Part shown: in pieces, positions 47,911 through 57,468 of the stretch
Layout of the letters: each line of letters opens with the position of its first letter
Numbering within the stretch: the stretch's first letter is position 1
Source: Hydrolagus affinis
Taxonomy: Eukaryota
Direction: 5' to 3'
NCBI GenBank assembly: GCA_012026655.1
Contig: JAAILG010002138.1
Span: forward strand, 1 to 57,468
DNA: 57,468 nucleotides
Notes under the pieces: model-generated
Databases searched by the model: none
What the model was told of the DNA's origin: nothing
What the model saw: only the letters and a program-made list of their open reading frames with translations
Program-made: the position numbers and the translations under genes

Positions 47911-49355
47911 TTCAATAAACATGGCCCAAAATATGTTCTCAAACTCCTGGGCACGATGCCTCTTTTTCATAATGATGCGCTAAAGGAAAAGTTATGTGCA
48001 TTAACCTTGAAATAGAAACAGATAAAGACACATGTCCTCATTAACTATTTGAAAGATTATTCTACTGCATCAAAAGGTCAACTCCTCTTCCTGTTTCCAA
48101 CAAACACCCATAATGCCTAGTTAGTAGTTATTTTATAGCTTTTATTTTTTGCTGGTGTTACAGGTTCTCTAATGTTACGCAAATATACTGACATAAGATA
48201 CTTGACAGCGAATTAATGAGAAGAGAATCTGTTCTTGCCTCCTGGCAAGGTTCATTCTTGCTGCACCTAAGAGCACCTGCATTTGCACAGTTTATCATCT
48301 GGTTACATTATTCTGATCATTTCACTGCTGTCCCTCCCCTGTTTTACCTCGGGATATGTCTGTGTGGGGCTGATACTCTTCCATTGCCATGATAGGATCT
48401 AATTACAGCATGTATTTGCCTTCTTTCATTATGTGCACTACAGAAATGTCAATCTAAATCTTGCTGCTTTCTCCCCCCTTTGTGTTTGATGAAACTAAAT
48501 AATAAGTTTCATTATTTAAAAAAATATATATCAAAGAGATGTATTTGTGCTGAAATGACTCATTTCTAGTGCTGGTTTTGTGAAGCCCAAAACAAGGGTA
48601 AATAGATTGTGTTAATGCTAATCCATCTTCTAAAAATACCATGAAACCTGGAAAGGAAACTCTGCAAGCACAAATTGCAGCAAAAACACACATCACAAAT
48701 GAGTTAATGCTAGCATGAACATTTCGGAAATTAAGCCATCTGTCCAGAAACATACAAAATTTCCTGTTCCCATGTTTGGCAACAGGTTCAACTACTGGCT
48801 GATTGTCTGTTATCTGTAATGCCTCTGGTGATAATTCATAATCTCACGCATTCCTACCAATGACCTTGTTGGAATATAATTGATTCTTAATTCATAAGGA
48901 AAAAAAATCTGCCTCCTTTGTAAAACATTATATCGACAATTACTACAAACTGCAAACAAGCACAAAAAGCAAGATGCAATGTCTTAATGAGATTTGGAGT
49001 AACTTCTGCATGTCGGTGCTATTAGATCTTTTAATGGTTACAAGATGGGAAAGGGATTGGACTCCATATTGTGCAACATAAACTATTGTCTGACTGATTT
49101 GAAGTTTTTATGATAATTCAGTGTAGCTGGACAGTCTACTTTCCTGAGCACGTTATTATAAAAATTCTGAGGAGCTCAACTTTTAATCCTATATGCACTG
49201 TTGTTTCGTTAAGTCAGGCCACTGATAGTTTGAAGAACAGTTGAAGAGAAACAGAAAGTAACATGTGAAGTATGATATGTATGAACTATGGAAGTAAGCC
49301 TAACATATGAAGCTGTCCATAGGCTACATCGTGTATATATGTATGCATAGCCAAT

Positions 49356-49777
49356 AGCCTGGCTCAGTTGTTAGTACTCCCGCCCCCTTTGTCAGAAAGA
49401 TGCAGTTCACTCTTCACGTTGAGATTTCACATAACCCAGGTTGACACTAGTTCAGTGCTGGAAATGTGTTCCATTGTTGAAGGTGCTGTCCATCAGATGA
49501 GACATTGAATCAAGGTCCCATATGTCTGTTCAGGGTCACATTAAAGATCCCGTTACACTATTCAAAAAGTGCAGGGATTCTCTCCCAGCGTCCTAACCAA
49601 CAATCCTCCAAATAACATTGGTTATTCACTTTGTGGCTGTTTCTGGGATATTGTTGTGCACAATGGGCCGCAGTGTTTGTCTACGAATACACAGTTGCTA
49701 CACTTTTCATGTGAAGCACTTTGAGGTGTCCTCTTGATGTATAAGGCCCTACATTAAATGCAAGGATCATTATATTA
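49356..49777 (+). mobile_element. Near full-length DeuSINE-type (SacSINE1-like) SINE
   Basis: tRNA-like head tggctcagttgttagtactc; Deu-like core gatgagacattgaatcaaggtccc...aaagatcccg..acactatt...gtcct; L2-like tail gtgaagcactttgag...aaatgcaagg. Confidence 0.85.
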
Positions 49778-51130
49778 CTGAAACTCAAGACTCCAGTTTG
49801 CGCTAAATCAATTAGAAATCGGGTAAATTAGGATAGAGCTATTTCAGTATCAAACCATTGGGCTGCTCCAACATTATGGAAATAAATGTTTAATATTATC
49901 ACCTAAATGCGTACTTGAACTAATAATAACTATTAAAATTTAATCCCTCTCTTTTCTTCCTCCTCAAATTCACTCTTTGACTGGCTCATTGATTTAATAG
50001 AGTACAGTATTATGAACATTTTCACTGTTATTGCTCTATATGTTAAGTAACATTACAGCTGCAGGCGAAGGCAATTGTAACTAGAAAATATATTTTCCTG
50101 GTTAGTTATAACAAGCAGAGTTAAGACTTGGGAGAAATTGTGTCTGGAATAGAACAGACCTCCATGACTTCCAATAATTTGGGGATTTTCCCTGGTTTGA
50201 TGCTCGTTCCAGCAATCTTGGTTTTATGAAGTTGTCCATGAATAGATTTGGGATTTGTCAATAGTGATAAGTTAACTGTAATTGAATGTCCCCACACAGA
50301 GGATGGCATCACGTACCTGTGTGATAGTGGCAAGCATTTTTCAGTATTTTTTCACATGTCCAATGACTTCTGAAGCTTATGCAGGTTTGAGTAAAATTAT
50401 GTGTGGAAATTATTCCAGCTTCCTAGAGAACAGTGATGTAATCTGCAATGGAGATATTTTTGACATGTCCAACATTTCTCTTAATATTATTCCTGCTTTG
50501 CTTGGTGCATTCTACTTACTTTCCATTGTGTGTACAGACAGCTCACCAGCCTAAGGGAAGTGCAACCTTTATTGCTAATACTGATTCTTACCAATATAAG
50601 ATTATTCATGATATCTTTCCAAGAGCAACTTCATGTAAAAGCATTCATTTCAGAAATGCTTGGACTGCATACATTTTTCTAATGCCTTCTTAAACTACCG
50701 TTGATTTATCTTCAATTTACAAACCTCTTGGTGTGAGACTTTCTGAATTGGGAATTTAGTTGTAAGGTTGAATAGTAAAACAAAGGAAACTGCAAACGAT
50801 AAATGCCAGCTCAAAGATTATTTTAAAGAAATTTGCTTTCATTAACACAGGAAGATAGTAGTCTCCAAGAGCAGCAGTATATCTTCACTATATTTCATTA
50901 GTAAATTCTATAGGACCTTACTTGAAAAACCCATGCTCAATAAACTTGGCCTTGAATAGATTTTGAGTTTGTCCATAAATATACTTTCAATATTGATCCA
51001 AGAATATTGAAGCAAGTCTGCAGTAGCCACCCCTGGAATATATTCCGTTGTTTTTTAACAGTGGATAACTTTCTAAAACAGTTATTTTGTATTATAGAGT
51101 TGTAACTTTGTGATATGGTCGATCCTTATA

Positions 51131-51348
51131 CAGTAAAAACCCATTTATCCGGCACCCTCGGGACCTGGCCAATGCCAGTTAAAGTGTGTGCCAGATATTT
51201 GGCCAAAAACGCAAAAAAATATATATTTTTAAAGTTCAATGCATTTTTCCGGATAAATTCCGGTTAATCGAATGCGGACCTTTTTTTTGCGATGCCAGTT
51301 ATATAGAAGTTATGGTTGATCGGGTGCCGGATAAACGGGCTTTTACTG
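51131..51348. mobile_element. Short MITE (218 bp), same family as 23906-24565, opposite orientation
   Basis: TA|cagtaaaaacccatttatccggcacc ... ggtgccggataaacgggcttttactg; gggacctggccaatgc is the reverse complement of sequence near 24520-24540. Confidence 0.9.
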
Positions 51349-51541
51349 AACTTGCATGTGATGATTAGCATGAATACGTTCGTAATATTCATACAGAACC
51401 CAATTTGGAATAGAGTGTCACTGGAAAATAAATCATGAAGACAACTGTAACAGCGGTGAGAATAACTTTATGACGAGTTCTATTTTATGGTTGGAGGAGA
51501 ATGCAAAACCTATTTAAAGTAGCCATATCAGCTCTATGCTT

Positions 51542-51866
51542 TAATAATAATAATAATAATCCTTGCATTTGACATAGTGCTTTTCACATCTTATCGACGT
51601 CTCAAAGCGCATCACAGAATGTACTGTAAAGTGGATTGATTGTATATTTGTGGGCAAAATGCGGCAGCCAATTGCGCACAGCAGTGTCCCACAAACAGTT
51701 GTGGATTGAAATGACCCATTTTATTATTGTAATTTTTTTTGGACGGATCATTATTAGGCATGTGGAATATGAAAACTTGCCCAAGGTTTCACCCTGATCT
51801 GCTTGGATTCGAACACAGGTCTCGGGCTTATAAGGCGAGTGCTCCAACCACCGAGCTACAGGAGCT
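51542..51866 (-). mobile_element. Young SINE, full length
   Basis: A box TAGCTCGGTGG, B box GTTCGAATCC, body and (ATT)6 tail. Confidence 0.95.
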
Positions 51867-53514
51867 ATTAAAAAGAAAACAGCTAAGCTACCAATACAAT
51901 GGGTCACACTACTTGGTTAACTATATTCGAACAACTCATCTGCCAAAGCAATAATGGATGAGCACTGTGTCGCCTGAGGATACTGCTGACAAACAACTCC
52001 AGCCTAAGATTTGTCTATGAACCAACTATTGATGGAATATGCAGACAAATGATGAATGTGTGCACTAATTTTAACAAAGAAATTACGAAACAAACACAGT
52101 TCATTAAGATCTTAATTCAATGGAAAGAAAATGCTGGACAAGTGACAAAGAATAGTCCAGTTATAGGAGAGTTAAGCTAGCTAACTATAACCTCCACAAA
52201 GTGACAATTCACCCTAGCCATTATCAATGTAAAAGAGAAACCTGTTCAGTTTAAGCAGCAAGACTGTTTCAGGAACACTCCTACACAATTCTACCTCTGT
52301 TCTTGGAGTCCCTTGTGATTTTCAACATGATCATTCAACCCTTCAAGATACCTCCAATGGCCTACAATGGGATACCTCTAGTTTCTTTTTCACAAAATCG
52401 CCCACTTACATTTGTTTTCCAATACAAACTCTCCCTATTGATTTTGTAGGAGTGATTCTAATTGAAAATCACGCTTAGTTTACTAGTGCCATTGTTCCCT
52501 GTAAAATTACACAGTATAATTAACCATTTCATAGTCTTGCCTACAATGTGTCATTTCTGAATGGAAATCTGTAAAATATACTGAATAAATAACAAACAAG
52601 GTCTGAATATGCCATAAAGTCTCACAAACTTAATAGGTACTTCCTGCCAACTTCTCTAAGAAAGAGGCACATGATGGAACAAATAAACTACTAGTATAGG
52701 TAAGGGACAAAGAATTACAAAGTGTTTCAAAAAAGGAACCCAACCAAATTCCATTTAGCTGAAAGGGTTCAGTGCTGCATAATAGATATAGTAGATGTAA
52801 TGTCTGCTTTCGCTTTGTTCAATGCCTAAAGTTTTCACTTTCTTTCCTCCACAAATTCCTCTCCTCCTCCATCTATACACTTTACATTACTTGTCACTCC
52901 ATTTCACTATTATTAACACTTTCACACCCTATCATTTTAGCACACTTTTACTCCTAAGGTTTGGTTTGGCCTTGTCAGTGGGCAGAACAAATGTGTTATT
53001 TGTTAATGCAAAAATCCATAAACAACATATGGATAGAATGTTTCATACAGTTTCTTTAACATAGAGGAAACCATAAATAAACAGAGGATATGCAATGTGG
53101 AATTGATGAATATGTGCAGAATGTATTCATTGGGTGAGATTATCTGCTAAGTCATGAGTGGCACTTCTTTGAGTTTTGGTTTTGGTTGACTTATTTCATT
53201 TGCTTCGTTGGGTTTCTGCAGATGAGATATCCATATGTCTTGCAGGAATGTTTGTACATTCTGAGAGCACAGGAATTGGTTTGTGCATTCCTGCTGCATT
53301 CTTAGATGTGCAGAATATCACAAAAAATATTGAATTGTAACCTCTCTAACCACTACGCTTATCTGTTCACATAGGTTCACTGATGAGAGAGGTTGGATTA
53401 AAATGTTGAAATTTACAGAATGTGATAGTTTGGGGGTTTGGAAAATTAAATGTTCACCTTCTTCCTGATCTAGGAAATAATTTACTCTTTGAACTGAACA
53501 CTCAGAAACTTGAA

Positions 53515-53811
53515 AATAATAATAATCCTTGCATTTTGATATAGCGCTTTTTAGGTCTTCTAGACATCTCAAAGCGCTTCACAGAATATACTGTATATTT
53601 GTGAGTGAAATGTGGTGGCTAATCGCACACAGCAGTGTCCCACAAACAGTCATGGATTGAAATAACCAATTTTATTATTGTGTTTTTTTGGAGGGATTAT
53701 TATTAGGCATGTGGAGCAAAGAAACTTGCCCAAGGTTTCGCCCTGCCTGGAATTGAACCCCGGTCTCTTGCTTGTAAGGCGAGTGCGCTAACCACTGAGC
53801 TACAAGACTCC
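53515..53811 (-). mobile_element. Young SINE, near full length
   Basis: A box at 53792-53802 and B box GTTCAATTCC at 53749-53758 (minus); small internal deletion in the body. Confidence 0.95.
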
Positions 53812-53830
53812 ACTGTTCAACTAATGCATT

Positions 53831-53901
53831 CTAGTAACTAGCAAAGATTTCCTTCATTGTGAAGTAACTAGTAACTAGCAAAGATTTCCTTCATTGTGAA
53901 G
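53831..53901. repeat. Perfect 34-bp tandem duplication (37-bp period)
   Basis: ctagtaactagcaaagatttccttcattgtgaag occurs at 53831 and 53868. Confidence 0.95.
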
Positions 53902-56900
53902 GAAATCATGAATACACTTGATCTGAAGTACCATTGATGTCAGAAGCATTAAGATGTCTTATAAGCAACATCACTATTACTTGATATGACTGTGCATGAT
54001 AAGGCTTGGTAGAAGTAATGGGTTCTTGACAATCTAATTACCAAACATTCTGGGAATAAGCAGAGCCAGCCTCTTATCAATATTTCAGGAGCAAATATTG
54101 ATAACAAATAACCAAGAATAAGATATGATGAAGATTGTTTACCTTGAGCAGAGGAAGTAGCAAATTGGCCATCATTGCTGTACATTTCCTCTATGATTAG
54201 CTTGTAAACCTCAATAACTGACCGTCGCATGTAGATGAAACGAGTCATTGGCTGCAATGATAGATTGTCATCTATCTTAACCTCTTTCAGAAACACTGTC
54301 CCATCATAAAACAATAGAATTTTGCAGTAGGTATAGAATCACTTGACCGATATTACAGCACAATTTTACAAAATCAAAAATAATCTGCAATATCTATTGC
54401 AAAATTGTGGTTCACAACCATGATTTTCTCTGGTTTAATTCTGATATGAATGTATTTTGAGCTTGTTCTGTTTCTTACTGTTGAGTCATTTGATGCCTCA
54501 ATCTCAGCCCTTTTTAGTTTTCATTACACATCAGTAAAAATGAAACTATCGAAAGGAAGCAAAGTAGAAAATTTGCCCAAAGGCAATATAATGCCATTGG
54601 CAAAAAGTGCACTTAGGCTCTGCTCTGCAATCCCCTCTTTGGGGGTAAATCTATCAGATGGCCAACACAATGTCACAGTTTATTTTATTCCACACATCCT
54701 CAACCTACGTTCCCCACCAACTTAAGAAATTGTTGCCCATCGAAAATAGGTGAGAGAAGTAGAAAAGCACTACATTTATCAATAACGTGGTACAGAGCAT
54801 TATACAAAATCTATATTTCCAAAAGCTGGTTTAACTATTGACGCTCACACTGCAGTTCACAGAATAGAAACCATGGCGCTCTGTGTTAAGAATTCACAGT
54901 GCTGCTTGATCTCTCAATAATATGAGCGTAGAGCAGGTATGGTTAGGGTGCACATGTGCAAAAATGTCTGAATCTATAAAATGGTTCGACGCCAGACAGA
55001 TGTCAAATTGTGCCCCGAAGCAATTGGAATCATGGGGCCACTCATCCTTTAGGCAGAAGATATCTTTAATGAAGTCCGAGACATGCTTATTTTAAAGTGC
55101 TCGGAGACTAATACAATACCACTGTTGTGGATAATGCGCTGAAAGACAGTCGGTGTGGAATTTAGTGGAATCTTAACAGTTTAATTCTAATAATAACTAC
55201 CTGGGAAATCAAACATTTAATTATAAATGTGGAAAATGACCGTACCTGTTTCGATAGAAGGTTGAATGAAAAGTGACAGCCCTTGAGCCAGACACGCCAT
55301 TTTCAATCTGTGTCAGACTGCGAGTTCAGCTGTAGGCTCCTGCCCCCTGTGGCATGGCCTCCTTCAGCAATGCAGGAGTAGTGCCCTACAAGCTCACTGC
55401 TTTTTGGTGGTCACAATCCCTTGGTTCAGGGAGCAACACAATAGACTCACTAACCTGAGTGAGACAAGTTATTTGACAGTTTCCCACACCAACAAATCTT
55501 CCATTAAAAAGTCCAAATGAAATACCTTCCAAATGAATGTAGCTAGAAAAAAATTGTCAAACCTTTTACTTACAGTTTTCTGTTGAAAAAAGCAAACATT
55601 GCTTGCTGTTGGCAGATCTTAATTCACTACAGCGGGTGATGAAAGAGGATTGACACATTTACTCAGATTGTATGGGATGGCCAAAAAGTCGTGAATACCA
55701 TTACAACGTCTAATAAGTCTTAAAGAAATGATTATACAGTATTTTGGTTTAGATAATAGGGCAGGTATCAAGACTTTTTGGTCACCTCATACAAGCATAA
55801 TTCCACCACCTACAAATATTCATAGTTAGTTGCTTGGGAGGAAATTGATCCTGCAATATGTTAATCTTACCACTGATCTGAGTACTTCAATACAAGTATT
55901 TTGGTGAGTAAATCACGACAACTGATTTCATTGATCTTTCCTTGGGTCAGAACCTGCGTCTTGCAATTGACACTGATGCACAGGAAAGCAATCTTACAAC
56001 CTTTTTCTGCAGTGCTACTAACTTGTGCCACAGCAAATGAAAGGAAGAGGCATATGTCACAAGAAGCACCACAAACGCCCTTCTTTATTTTCATTTCCTC
56101 GTCTAAAAGCATTTTTCCCCTAACGGGAATTATAAAGATATTTCCAAGTAAGGCAGGGAAAGAATATCACTACTGCTATGAGCCACTGTAAGCAATTTAG
56201 GCAATCGCAGGTTTCATGTGTGTTACATGTTGATGAAAGAAAAGGATGAAAGAATCACAAATGGAAACCTAAAAAGGGTAAACAAATGTACCAAAAAGAT
56301 TCAACTAGTCAACTGATCTTGGGGAAAGAGCCACCTGGACAACACAAAAGAGCTGATTGTTTAAATATTCCCAAATAAAACAAACAGCAAATAATCTGAA
56401 AGTAACCACAAGACTGTCAAAAGGTTAGATGAGCCTACATCAGGTCTGATTTAAAAACAAAAAAGCAGAACAGTATCAAGGCAGCCAGGAGTGTGATATT
56501 TTAGCAGAAGCTGACTTTGCAGAAATAGAAACAGGAAGTCCAAAAGGTGATCAAATTTGGAAGAAAGAAATATAAATATTACAGTATATGAAATTCAATA
56601 TCTTGGAAAATCATCCTGTTACTTGTTGAAAATATTACAGTTCTGGGAAGCAGATCAAACTACCACTGTTCATATTATGTCTCCTATGTGGCACAGAAAA
56701 TGTCTTTTTTTTTGTTAACGACACATTTTGATGAGGTTCATCAGCTTCCGGACACCAGGTACAATGCTTTAACCATGTTATGTATTTGCATAAATTTATA
56801 TTCTGCATAACATCAGGAATTCTTCTGAGCTGAATTCTCAGCTGGTGACAAACCAATTCCTAACTTGGGGTATTGTAAGACAAGGCAAGCTAGTCACATG

Positions 56901-57255
56901 CACTGCATCTGACCTCACAGTCTTTCTCTGCTTGTGATAACTCCCCTTAATGTGCAGAATCATTCATCCCCAAGTGAACTTCTCACTGCAGCAGACACCA
57001 CTGCTGTACTAAGCTGCACTGCTCACCACACATTGGAAAACTATGAGAAAGCAGCAAGGTTTCAAGCTACTGCGTATTAGAGTGACGCAATTCCTGCATT
57101 AATTTATTTCATGGAACACTAGCAAACAGCAGGCCTTTCCTACCGCAAAGTTTCTACCATTTTAGGAAATAGGCATGAGATGATTGCACGGATAGACATT
57201 AATAAACCAACCAGATAATATATCAGGTGAAAAATGCGACATTTACTACTACTGT

Positions 57256-57297
57256 AATAATAATCATTCCATTTGATATAGCGGTTTCATGTCTTCT
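57256..57297 (-). mobile_element. SINE 3' tip abutting an L2 tail
   Basis: taataataatcattccatttgatatagcggtttcatgtcttct. Confidence 0.7.
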
Positions 57298-57468
57298 ACA
57301 ACAACAACAACAACAAATTACATTTATAGAGCGCCTTTCACGTCGGGAGGACGTCCCAAGGCGCTGCACAGGGGGAGTGTGACCCGAGCTGGGAGGGGAG
57401 TGTTTGGGCGGGGGTGAAACACGAAGGGGAGGTCAAAGAATTCGGGGGGGAACAAAAGGCACGGTCGA
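57298..57468 (-). mobile_element. L2 LINE 3' end, runs off the window
   Basis: (aca)n aatttacatttatagagcgcctttcacgtcgggaggacgtcccaaggcgctg; CpGs retained, suggesting a younger copy. Confidence 0.9.

Noticed and set aside
51800-51866. tRNA genes at SINE heads (also ~1580-1640, 10815-10873, 23610-23672, 37510-37573, 53745-53811)
   Set aside because: A and B boxes are present, but each continues into the same SINE body and the copies differ at many positions, including the anticodon region.
54143-54314. Minus-strand exon within the 121-aa ORF
   Set aside because: The donor is plausible, but the acceptor lacks a good pyrimidine tract and the peptide has no recognisable homology.
1-57468. ORF-track entries as genes
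   Set aside because: All are 145 aa or shorter, many start at alternative codons, many lie in SINE/L2 copies (e.g. 37159-37596, 41271-41856, 51602-51954), and none matches a family I recognise other than LINE remnants.
1-57468. SINE strand bias as an indicator of host-gene direction
   Set aside because: Head-bearing young copies are mostly on minus, but many fragments are on plus and numbers are too small to infer orientation.

Overview
AT-rich, CpG-depleted vertebrate nuclear DNA, not prokaryotic. The repeat content points to a cartilaginous fish, probably a chimaera such as Callorhinchus (inference from remembered repeat families). I recognise no protein-coding gene: the ORF track is mostly chance ORFs or retroelement debris, and the window reads as a large intron or gene desert. 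Main content: (1) a young tRNA-derived SINE with an (ATT)n tail, with at least 6 copies retaining the head plus many fragments; (2) an older, longer DeuSINE-type SINE that shares its 3' end; (3) many 3' fragments of L2-clade LINEs with (TTG)n tails, the likely mobilising partner; (4) very old CR1 LINE relics; (5) three TA-flanked Tc1/mariner/pogo-type MITEs, one a nested foldback flanked by ~75-bp direct repeats; (6) an unusual inverted-repeat element enclosing telomeric (CCCTAA)n; (7) repeat-free blocks that look like candidate enhancers, one with a Pbx-Hox plus Meis motif cluster. A few weak candidate exons are noted. I found no convincing novel biological system; the best leads are listed with tests. 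Repeat boundaries are approximate and family names come from memory, not a database search.
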